A DNA stretch of 64,000 bases from Candidatus Poribacteria bacterium (GTDB taxonomy: Bacteria > Poribacteria > WGA-4E > WGA-3G). The stretch covers positions 2,176,001 through 2,240,000 of the forward strand of contig CBDANF010000003.1 in the NCBI GenBank assembly GCA_965197475.1, in the 5' to 3' direction. Below are positions 17,175-28,300 of the stretch, piece after piece (positions within the stretch are counted from its first letter, which is position 1; the number at the start of each line of letters is the position of its first letter). The notes beneath the pieces were generated by a model. It was not told the origin of the DNA, searched no databases, and worked only from the letters and a program-made list of their open reading frames with translations. The position numbers and the translations under genes are program-made.

Positions 17175-19762
17175 ATGAGATTAGATAGATTTACAATTAA
17201 AGCACAAGAAGCACTACAAACAGCACAAACTATAGCAACCGAAGCACAAAATCCAGAACTCGGGATTGAGCACCTGATGCTTTCCCTCATCAAACAGGCA
17301 GACGGAATAGTCACACCAATTTTTCAAAAATTAGGGGTGGATATTCAAGGAATTACATCAGCACTTGAGGATGTCGTTCAGAAATCACCAAAAGTCCAGG
17401 GGCAAGTTCGGATCTGCGTATCTCCGCATCCTTACAATCCGTTCTGGAGAATGCTCTCAAAGAGGCAACTACGCTAAAAGATGAATACGTTAGCACTGAG
17501 CATCTCCTTATTGCTTGTGCTGAATCAAAGCAGGGCAAAGCAGGACCAATCCTACGGGATGCTGGTGTAACGAAGGATAAAATCCTCAAAGCACTCGTTG
17601 ACATCCGCGGCACACAGCGAATAACCGATCAAAACCCTGAGGACAAATACCAAGCACTCACCCGATTTGGCAGAGAACTCACGCAAGAAGCGATGTCCGG
17701 TAAACTTGACCCTGTAATCGGCAGAGATGACGAAATTCGTCGCGTGATGCAAGTACTATCCCGCAGACGCAAAAATAATCCTGTACTTATCGGTGAACCG
17801 GGGGTTGGAAAAACCGCTATTGTGGAGGGCTTAGCACAGCGCATTGCCGATGGTGATGTACCAGAAAGTTTGCGGGAGAAACGACTCATCGCGCTGGATT
17901 TAGGCGCGCTCATTGCAGGCAGTAAATACCGTGGTGAATTTGAGGACCGACTCAAAGCGGTTCTTGCTGATGTTGAACAAGCGGAAGGACAGGTTGTCCT
18001 ATTTATTGACGAACTTCATACGATTGTCGGTGCAGGTGCTGCGGAGGGAGCGGTGGATGCATCAAACATGTTGAAACCAGCATTGGCACGCGGCGAATTG
18101 CGATGCATCGGTGCGACCACACTTGATGAATACCGCAAACATATTGAAAAAGATGCCGCTTTGGAACGGCGATTCCAGCCAGTTCAAGTACAGGAACCTT
18201 CTGTTGAAGGGACGATTGCGATTCTACGTGGCTTAAAGGAAAGGTATGAAACACATCACGGCGTTCAGATTCAGGACAATGCTATCGTTGCTGCTGCTAC
18301 CCTTTCAAAGCGGTATATTTCTGATCGCTTTCTGCCAGATAAAGCCGTCGATTTAGTTGATGAAGCAGCGTCTCGATTGCGGATTGAAATTGACAGTGTA
18401 CCAGAGGAAATTGACGAGGTGGAACGCCGTATTATCCAACTCCAAATTGAACAGCAGGCATTAGAAAAAGAGGAGGATGATACATCAAAACAACGCTTAG
18501 AAAACCTGAATGCTGATCTTGCCGAATTAAAAGAGAATGCAGATGCCTTGAAAGCAAGTTGGCAAAACGAGAAAACAAACTTGATACACATTAGAGAGTT
18601 GATGGAGCAGATTGAGGGATTACGTATTGAATCTGAACAAGCAAAACGCACCGGTAACCTCGCCAAAGCATCTGAACTTGAATATGGCAAAATACCTGTG
18701 CTTGAATCGCAACTCAAAACCTTGCGAGAGGCAATTGAGGCAGATGCTAACGGCATACACATGCTAAAGGAACGCGTTAGCGCAGAAGACATCGCTGAAA
18801 TTGTAGCGAAATGGACCGGTATTCCGGTGTATCGCCTCATGGAAGGTGAAACACAAAAACTGCTTCACATGGAAGAACGGTTACGTGAACAGGTAATCGG
18901 GCAGGATGAGGCGGTTTCTGCTGTATCCAACGCCATTCGCCGTTCCCGTGTCGGTCTCGGCGACCCGGAGCAACCACTCGGTTCGTTCCTCTTTATGGGA
19001 CCTACAGGTGTAGGCAAAACACACCTCGCAAAATCACTCGCTGAATTTCTGTTTGATGATGTCAATGCTATGGTGCGAATTGACATGAGCGAATACATGG
19101 AGAAACATACCGTCTCTCGACTTATCGGTGCACCCCCAGGATACGTCGGTTACGACGAAGGTGGGCAGTTGACCGAAGCTGTCAGACGACACCCGTATTG
19201 TGTTATCCTCCTTGACGAAGTTGAAAAAGCACACCCGGAAGTATTCAATATCCTACTCCAGATGCTTGATGATGGTAGAATGACAGATGGGCAAGGACGC
19301 ACGGTGGATTTCAAGAATACGGTTGCTATCATGACCTCTAATATCGGCAGCCAGTGGATTAGCGACACACATCTTGGCACAGAAGAAATTCGGCGTAAGG
19401 TGACGGAAGCTTTACAGACACATTTCCCGCCAGAATTTCTGAACCGTGTTGATGACCTAATCATCTTCAAGCGTCTTGGCATTGAGGAATTGAAGCAGAT
19501 TGTCACACTTGAACTGTCCAAACTAAGCGTTCGATTCGCAGAGAAGGATATGACGCTAACGTTATCTGAATCGGCGAAAGCGGAATTGGTGAACCGTGGT
19601 TTTGATGCGGTTTATGGTGTGAGACCACTTCGGCGGACATTACAGCGCGATATTCTCAATCCGTTGGCAATTGATATACTTGAAGGCAACTTCCGCGATG
19701 GTGATGCCATTGTGGTAGATTTCACGGATGATGAGTTCGTTTTCAGCAATGAAAAAGATTGA
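17175..19762 (+). CDS. clpB: ATP-dependent chaperone ClpB, split by an apparent 1-nt deletion at about 17400
   Basis: N-domain [14 protein letters not shown] continues in the -1 frame as ASSDLRIS...[10 protein letters not shown] into GKLDPVIGR; two AAA+ modules ([16 protein letters not shown]) and a coiled-coil middle domain. Confidence 0.93.
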
Positions 19763-19765
19763 TTT

Positions 19766-19789
19766 GTAGAGCGGGTCTTTGTGCCTGCC
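19766..19789 (+). repeat. GTAG-type REP-like palindrome
   Basis: GTAGAGCGGGTCTTTGTGCCTGCC, similar to 36179-36203; lies between convergent genes. Confidence 0.5.
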
Positions 19790-19798
19790 TTCCATTTC

Positions 19799-22141
19799 CT
19801 ACTTCGTTTTCAAATCACCCCATGTTTGGATCAACTTCCCACCGGCAGACACATGTCCTTTCATGCGAACGGTTGCTAATTGCTTCCTGTCTCCAGCATA
19901 AGAGACATCCTCTATCCGATAATAATAGACAACATTTGGTTTGGCAGTAGTATCTGTCCAAGTGTAGGTATTCCGTTCGCCGGTGGTGCCTGCGCCTTGA
20001 ATTAGTGTGGAGTTGACAACCTTGAATTCACCGTCTTTTGTTGGACTGCGGTAGATATAGAACCCTGCATTGTCAATTTCCGATTCGGTTGTCCACTTGA
20101 TCATAACACCTTTCGCTGTGTGTTCGGCACGAAAATAAGACAGAGTAACAGGCAACACACCGCCAAGTGTATACCCAGGATTTCCCACATCTGTAGCATT
20201 TCCAAAATAAGTAGACTTACCCAGTTTTGCATCTACAGCGCGCCGCCAACTTGATGCCTCCGTGCCTACAAGCGGCATCCGAGTCGCATGATGATAAAGC
20301 CTAAGCACCGAATTACGGCTTCCGTTTTCTGTCTTTCCAGAAGGCAATTTCCAAACGGGAGCATCCTGTGTTTGGCTATCACCATCAAGATTGCCAACCG
20401 TGTCAACCACAGTCCCATCCGGTGTTGATAGCTGCAGGAAAAACCCATCCGGACTTAGCACGTTATTACGTCCAAACTTAAATGCAAAATCCGCAATATG
20501 CTGAAGGAAAAAATTATAAATGCGGCTTTCTGGAACATTGGAACTTCCTGCTGTTCCTGATACCAAAAGCACCGTTTGCTTCGGCAAGACAACCAAATCT
20601 TTAAGGGTGAAAACCACATGACGATTCTGTTTACCGTGCCGCGCCTCAATTTTTATTTCCCATCCAGTGAAATTAACCGTTTCCATTGCGGAATTGTTGT
20701 CCAGTTCTATCCACTGCGGCACCGTTCGATTGCCGACTTTGTTGGTAAACATGACCTCGCTTATACTTATCTGTTCAATGCGCGCCTGCCTTACTAATGT
20801 ATCGTTATGGTATCCGGGTGTGCCGGGGCTTGTGTCTTTTGGAGCCGTCGGTTGATATCCAATTCCTACTTGATACCCACTTTCACTCCACGCCGCAACA
20901 GCATATCCTACATATCCGATTGTTGTACGCTGCCATGCTGTCCCCTGTGTTAATGGTTGATCTGCCGAAAACTTGTCATGGAAATATGTTCCTGCCACGT
21001 CTTCAATTGCTTCCTGTGTGTCATTTTTATCCCGCGCACTTCGTAGCAACAGTAGATATGGGATGTTCGGTAATATCAATTTTTCTGCGATCAGATAATC
21101 GTGCTGTGCGCCCCTTCTAATATCCGGTGTTCTGATATTGTGTCCCCGCAGCAGTGTGGTCTCACGCGGATCGGTGTTGGTTATCAGCAAAATCCCGCCA
21201 ACTGGCAGTGTGTAGTCGGGAAATGAGACGACATCAATTTCCGGGTTGACCGTTTTATCTTCACGGGTGATGATGCTAATCTCCCACTCGTTGAGAGAAA
21301 TATCGCTACTGCTGATGTTTCTGAGTTCGACCCAGTCGTTTTTATCGTCAGTTGCGTTACGGATTTCATTAAAAAGCACACCTGTTAATGCGACTTGGGA
21401 TTCGTGCGGCACTGAAGTTTCAAAGTCAATTTCCACGCCCGCGGCAATCAGTTCATGGATTTGAAAAATATTCGTAATCGGGTTATCCGTTATATCTAAT
21501 TCCTCTAAATTCGGCAATAATTTGAGCGGACCTACGCTGCTTATCTGATTGAAGCCAACTAATAAAACCTCTAATTCTGTCAATCCCCGAAGTGCACTGA
21601 CGTACCGAATTTGATTGGATTCAAGGTCTAATTCCACCAGTTGCGTTAACTCTCTAAGCGGGATTAGATTGCTAATTTGATTAGAGCCAAGCAACAACTC
21701 CTCTATTCGTGTTAATTCTGTGAGTGCCGTGATGTTGCTGATTTGGTTGTCCGTGAGCCGCAACGCTGACAGATTTGTTAACCCCGCAAGCGGTGTGATG
21801 TCACTGATCTGATTGGATTCAAGGGATAAGCTTCTTAATTTTGTTAGCTCCGTAAGTGGTGTGAGGTCAGTGATCTGATTGTTGTTTAGATTTACATTTC
21901 TCAGATTTGTTGCGTGTTCCAACCCCGTTAAATCGGTAATTTCTAAACTTTTCGCATTGAGGCTTGTAAGTTGCTGCATCAATTGTTGTGTGATAAGTAT
22001 CTCTTGTGATAACTCAAGCGCGTTCCGCACAGCAGATTCTAAATTCGGGTCGGGGATTGATATCTCCTGTGCATAAGTAGTTCGGTTCAATCCGATGATA
22101 ACAATTAGGACACAAAATATCGTATAAATTCGTTTTGTCAT
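19799..22141 (-). CDS. Secreted protein with internalin-type LRRs, two lamin-tail-like domains and a C-terminal Ig-like/TWGxLK region
   Basis: Signal peptide; IPDPNL cap with 22-aa LRRs; FNEI...DWVELRN and ISEVM...QWIEL.N; LPVTLSYF; GKLIQTWGDLK. Confidence 0.85.
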   Translation of the reverse strand: MTKRIYTIFCVLIVIIGLNRTTYAQEISIPDPNLESAVRNALELSQEILITQQLMQQLTSLNAKSLEITDLTGLEHATNLRNVNLNNNQITDLTPLTELTKLRSLSLESNQISDITPLAGLTNLSALRLTDNQISNITALTELTRIEELLLGSNQISNLIPLRELTQLVELDLESNQIRYVSALRGLTELEVLLVGFNQISSVGPLKLLPNLEELDITDNPITNIFQIHELIAAGVEIDFETSVPHESQVALTGVLFNEIRNATDDKNDWVELRNISSSDISLNEWEISIITREDKTVNPEIDVVSFPDYTLPVGGILLITNTDPRETTLLRGHNIRTPDIRRGAQHDYLIAEKLILPNIPYLLLLRSARDKNDTQEAIEDVAGTYFHDKFSADQPLTQGTAWQRTTIGYVGYAVAAWSESGYQVGIGYQPTAPKDTSPGTPGYHNDTLVRQARIEQISISEVMFTNKVGNRTVPQWIELDNNSAMETVNFTGWEIKIEARHGKQNRHVVFTLKDLVVLPKQTVLLVSGTAGSSNVPESRIYNFFLQHIADFAFKFGRNNVLSPDGFFLQLSTPDGTVVDTVGNLDGDSQTQDAPVWKLPSGKTENGSRNSVLRLYHHATRMPLVGTEASSWRRAVDAKLGKSTYFGNATDVGNPGYTLGGVLPVTLSYFRAEHTAKGVMIKWTTESEIDNAGFYIYRSPTKDGEFKVVNSTLIQGAGTTGERNTYTWTDTTAKPNVVYYYRIEDVSYAGDRKQLATVRMKGHVSAGGKLIQTWGDLKTK

Positions 22142-22172
22142 TTTTTCTCCTTTTGATTTTGTTTGAACATTT

Positions 22173-22347
22173 TGTCTGAACCAGGATTCTCAGGATTATA
22201 GGATTTTCAGGATTGTTGGAAGATAAATGTTTGTGAAACGGATAATCGTTCCACGCTAAAATACCGATTGTTTTTATTGTGAGACTATGACGAGAGCCTG
22301 AGAGTAATCCTGGTAATCTGGTAATCCTGAGAATCCTGGTTCAGACA
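22173..22347. repeat. 175-bp element bounded by perfect 26-bp inverted repeats
   Basis: TGTCTGAACCAGGATTCTCAGGATTA (22173-22198) and its exact reverse complement (22322-22347); internal AGGATT sub-repeats about 9 bp apart. Confidence 0.8.
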
Positions 22348-22368
22348 GACGCGATTCGGAGATCGCTC

Positions 22369-25300
22369 CTACTTTCTTATCAACATCTTTCGTATTTTCG
22401 TCCAATCGCCCGCCTTGAATTTGACGAAATAGAGCCCTGCCGCCACCTTCTCACCGAGATCGTTCTTACCATCCCAATGCGCCGCACGGCTCCGACTATA
22501 ATAGACTCCCGCTGACCGATGCCCCAATGACAATCGCCTAACGACTACACCTTGCACATTGTAGAATGTCAATGCTACATCCGCAGGTTTTGCCAACTGA
22601 TACGGTATCCACGTCTCTGGATTGAACGGGTTGGGGTAGTTGGGGAGCAGTACTGTTTCTGTGGGAGTTGCCTGTGCGGACGGTGCATTGTTGGGATCTG
22701 TTGTGATATCAACACCAGAAATACTTACATCCGGGTTCGCCGCCTTGAGCCTACGGAGTGGTGCAAAATCCGTAATAGAATTTCCGAAGAGAGATACGAA
22801 TGATAGAGAAGTCAAACTCTCAAGTGGTGATACATCGCTGATTTGATTCTGTTGAAGAGACAAAATCTGAACTGATTTTAAATCTTTAAGTGGTCTGATG
22901 TCGCTGATTTGGTTACTATCAAGACTTAACGTTGTGAGTGCGGTCAAATCTTCAAGCGCACTGATGTCACTAATCTGATTATTAGAGAGAAGTAACGTGG
23001 TAAGAGCGGTCAAATCTTCAAGCGCACTGATGTCACTAATCTGATTATTCCAACCCCTTAACGTTGTGAGTGCGGTCAAATCTTCAAGCGCACTGATGCC
23101 ACTGATCTGATTATCAGATAGATATAACCACGTGAGTGCGGTCAAATCTTCAAGCGCACTGATGTCACTGATCTGATTATTAGATAGATATAACCACGTG
23201 AGTGTGGTCAAATCTTCAAGCGCACTGATGTCACTAATCTGATTATTAGATAGATATAACGTTGTGAGTGCGGTCAAATCTTCAAGCGCACTGATGTCAC
23301 TAATCTGATTATTAGATAGATATAACGTTGTGAGTGCGGTCAAATCTTCAAGCGCACTGATGTCACTAATCTGATTTTCATCAAGTCTTAAACTCGTGAG
23401 TGCGGTCAAATCTTCAAGCGCACTGATGCCACTAATCTGATTATTAGATAGATATAACGCTGTGAGTGTGGTCAAATCTTCAAGCGCACTGATGTCACTA
23501 ATCTGATTATTAGATAGATATAACGTTGTAAGTGTGGTCAACTTTTCAAGTGCACTGATGTCACTAATCTGATTACCAGAGAGATTTAACGTCGTGAGAG
23601 ACGTTGCATATTCTAATCCTGTCAGATCACTAATTTGACTTGCGGGAGCATTAAACAATGTTAGTTTTGCTATTGCTGACTGTATCAAGACATCACCTTC
23701 CACTAGTCTAAGGCTAGCGCGAACTGCAGCACGTAAATTGGCATCTGGCATCAAAGTCTCCTCGGGAACAGCAGCATTGACAGTCACGGAAATAGTCTGT
23801 GTTCCAGTTAGTGTGCCATCACTGGCTGTTATCGTGATTGTCGCGCTGCCAGCGGCCACAGGTGTTATTGTTACCACAGCACCGGACACGCTTACGGTTG
23901 CTATGCTGGTATCACTGGAACTTGCGGTATAGGTGAGATTGTCGTTATCCGGATCGTTGAACTTACTGGAGACATCTACCGTCGCCGCGGAACCACCTAC
24001 TGTTACGGACTGATCTGAAATCGTGCCGACTGCCGTAGGTGCCTGATTGGTAACTTGCCCAGCTGAAACAGTCACAGAAATAGTCTGTGTCGCTGTTAGC
24101 GCGCTATCACTTGCGGTAACCGTGATTGTCGCACTCCCCGCCGCTACTGGTGTGATTGTTACCACGGCACCGGATACACTGACAGTAGCAACACCGGTGT
24201 CACCGGAATTCGCTGTATAAGTAAGAGTATCATTATCGGCATCACTGAAGTTGCCGGAAACATCCACTGTTACGGATGAACCACCAACTGTCAGTGTTTG
24301 TGATGTAATCGTGCCGACTGCAACGGGCGCACGGTTGGGAGTAGGCTCTGAGGGAATCGTAATGTCTATATTCACATTTGGATTCGCTACCTTGAGTCTG
24401 CGGAGTGGTCCGTAATCCGTAATCGAATTTCCCGAGAGATATAAGCGTGTTAGAGCAGTCAAATTTTCAAGTGAGGATACATCACTGACTTGATTATTTT
24501 CAAGATCTAAGTGTGTAAGTGCTGTTAGATCTTCAAGCGGACTTAGGTCACTTATTTGATTATTACGGAAACGCAATGTTGTAAGTGCTGTTAGATCTTC
24601 AAGGGGACTAATGTCGCTAATTGAATTCCCCCAGGCATTTAATTGCGTAAGTGCGGTCAAATCTTCAAGCGGACTTAGGTCACTTATTCCAGTCTCATTT
24701 ATATGTAAACGTGTAAGTGCCGACATATCTTCAAGAGGTGTTATACTGCTGATCTGATTGCCAGTGAGTGATAAGTTATTAAGTGCGGTCAAATCTTCAA
24801 GAGAACTAATGTCACTAATTTCATTACCATCCACAGATAAGGTGGTTAGTGCGGTCAAATCTTCAAGGGGCGTGAGATCGCTGATTTCATTGTCAGAGGC
24901 TACTAACCACGTGAGAGCGGTCAAATCTTCAAGGGAGCTAATGTCGCTAATTTGATTGTCAGAGAGATTCAATTGCGTGAGAGATGTCAAATCTTCAAGT
25001 GGACTAAGATTGCTGATTTGATTGTCCCAGAGATATAATGTTTTTAAATTTGCTGCATATTCCAACCCAGTAAGATCCTTTATCTGTTTTTGTTGGGCAA
25101 CTAACCTTGTTAACGACTCCATTGCCTGCTGGGTGAGATCATCGTCTTCCTGTAATGAGAGTGCGGAACGGACTGCTGAGCGTAGAATCGGATCTGGCAT
25201 CCAAGTCTCCTCAGTCACATCGGTAATAACAGAAACCGATATACGCTGTGTTGCAGTCAATGTGTCATGGTTTGCCTCTACCGTCACAATCGCGCTGCCC

Positions 25301-28300
25301 GCTGCCACCTGTGTGATGGTTACCACGCTACCACTCACACTCACAGTTGCAACCGCAGTGTTATCAGATGTCGCATCATAAGTAAGAACGATACTATCTG
25401 GAGATACATTAAAGTATTGTGCTACATTAATAGATCTTGTTGTGCCGCCTGTTGTGAGTGTTTGAGAAGGAATTGTGCCAACTGCTACGACGGTGTTCTC
25501 AATTTCCGGGATACTAATATCTATAGCCACATTCGGATTTTGAAGCTTTAGTCTACTAAGCGGTGACAAATCAGAGATCGGATTCCCGATGAGAGATAAT
25601 GTTCTTAACGATGTCAAACTTTCAAGAGATGTGACATCACTGATATGATTCCGTTGAAGACCTAAATTCGTAAGATTTGTTAAATTTTGAAGGGGTGTTA
25701 TGTCACTGATTTGATTATCATGAAAATATAAAGCCGTAAGTTGAGTCAAATTTTGGATAGATGTTATGTCGCTAATTTGATTATATCCAATAGATAAATG
25801 TCCAAGATTTGTCAAATCTGCAAGGGAACTAATATCGGTAATACTATTTCTATTAAGACTCAAAAATGTTAATGCTGTCAAACTTCCGAGAGGTGTGATA
25901 CTGTTGATTTGATTCGTCCCAAGATGTATGGACGTTAATGTTGACAAATTTTGAAGAGGTGTGACATCGTTGATTTGATTCGTCGTGAGATCTAAACTCG
26001 TGAGAGCAGTTAAATTTTGAAAAGCACTGATGTCACTGATTTGATTATGTGAGACATCTAAGTTCGTGAGTGCTGTCAATTGATTAAGTGGAGTGACATC
26101 GCTAACTTGGTTATTTTCGATCACTAAGGTAGTAAGCGCAGTCAAATTTTGAAGCGCACTGATGTCGCTGATTTGATTCCCGTTAAGATATAACTGTCTT
26201 AGATTCGTTGCACGTTCCAATCCTGTGAGATCACTTATCTGTCTATTGCTTGCATTTAGCCTTGTTAATCCTGTCATTGCATCTTGGGTGAGGGCTACAC
26301 CTGACTGCAAACCGAGTGTGGAGAGTACAGCAGCACGTAAGTTCGCATCTGGGATCCAGGCAGCCTCAGCTACAGGAGTAGTAACAGATACCGAGATGAG
26401 CTGCGTTGCCGTGAATTCGCCATCGCTGGCTACCACGGTAATCGTTGCAATACCAGCATTGACTGGCGTAATTGTTAGCTGGTTCCCTATTATACTCGCT
26501 GTTGCCACTGTCGTGTTATTGGATGTCGCAGTATAGGTAAGTGCGTTGTTTTCAGGATCATTGAAATATAGTTCCATCGGCAAAGTCTTAGCATCATCGT
26601 CAGTTGTGAAATGTTGAGCAGGTATTGTGCTGACGGGTACCGGGGGTTGATTCGCAACAGGAACATTAGTAACAGAAATGGCGATAGTCTGAGATGCTGT
26701 CAACTCACCATCGCTGGCTACCACGGTAATCGTTGCACTACCAGCATTGACTGGCGTAATTGTTAGCTGGTTCCCTGTTATACTCGCTGTTGCTACTGTC
26801 GTGTTATTGGATGTCGCAGTATAGGTAAGTGCGTTGTTTTCAGGATCATTGAAATATAGTTCCATCGGCAAAGTCTTAGCATCATCGTCAGTTGTGAAAT
26901 TTTGCACAGGTATCGTGCTGACAGGTACCGGGGATTGATTGGCAGCAGGTACATTAGTGACAGAGATAGCGATAGTTTGCGTTGCTGTCAACTCACCATC
27001 GCTGGCTGCCACAGTGATGGTTGCACTGCCTGCAGCTACGGGCGTGATTGTGATTTGAGAACCGGACACACTTGCGGTTGCTACACTGGTGTTATTGGAG
27101 TTTACAGAATAGGTAAGCGTATCATTATCCGGGTCTTGGAAGTTACCAGAAACATCTATCTGAATAGAAGAATCACCTTCTGTCAGTGTCCGAGAGGATA
27201 TAGCACCTACGGTGAATGGCGCGCGGTTTACCACAGGAGTAACAGAGATGGTGATAGTCTGAGATGCTATCAACTCACCATCGCTGGCTGCCACAGTGAT
27301 GGTTGCACTGCCTGCGGCTACGGGCGTGATTGTGACTTGAGAACCGGACACGCTTGCGGTTGCTACACTGGTGTTATTGGAGTTTACAGAATAGGTAAGC
27401 GTATCATTATCCGGGTCTTGGAAGTTACCAGAAACATCTATCTGAATAGAAGAATCACCTTCTGTCAGTGTTCGAGAGGATATAGCACCAACGGTGAATG
27501 GCGCGCGGTTTACCACAGGCGCGGCTGTTACCGTGATAGAGATAGTCTGCGTCGCTGTCAACTCACCATCGTTTGCTGTTATGGTGATTTTCGCATTCCC
27601 CGCACTCATAGGTGTTATTGTGATTTGAGAACCGGACACACTTGCGGTTGCTACACTGGTGTTATTGGAGTTTACAGAATAGGTAAGCGTATCATTATCC
27701 GGGTCTTGGAAGTTACCAGAAACATCTATCTGAATAGAAGAATCACCTTCCGTCAATGTCCGAGAGGATATAGCACCTACGGTGAATGGCGCGCGGTTTA
27801 CCACAGGCGCGGCTGTTACCGTGATAGAGATAGTCTGCGTTGCTGTCGACTCACCATCGTTTGCTGTTATGGTGATTTTCGCATTCCCCGCACTCATAGG
27901 TGTTATTGTGATTTGAGAACCGGACACGTTTACCCTTACCACACTTGTGTTACTGGAGCTTGCCGTATAAGTGAGGGTATCATCGTCTGGATCGTTGAAG
28001 TTGCTGGACACATCTATAACTATTGCGGAATCGTTGACTGCTAACGTCCGATCAGAAATCGTGCCGATTGCTACCGGCGCATTGTTGGAGACCTCAGGAA
28101 TGTCAATATCTATAGACATCGCTGGATTTTTTGTCTTGAGGTTACGGAGCGGTGCAAAATCAGCTATCGGATTATACTTAAGATACAAGAACCTTAGTGC
28201 TGCCAAGTTTTCAAGTGGCATGACATCTTTGATTTGATTGTCAGTGAGATTTAGGCTCGTAAGCGATATCAGATTTTTGAGTGGCTCAATGTCAACGATT

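Noticed and set aside
17020-17175. CIRCE (HrcA) operator before clpB
   Set aside because: No TTAGCACTC-N9-GAGTGCTAA is visible; the hairpin at 17106 is a REP.
22940-23599. CRISPR-like pattern of constant repeat and variable spacer
   Set aside because: The period is exactly 66 bp (22 codons), the array is in frame within an LRR ORF, the variable parts resemble each other, and no cas genes are present.
26902-28044. 380-aa plus-strand ORF rich in Cys and Arg
   Set aside because: It is an antisense shadow of the repeated Ig-like domains of the giant gene.
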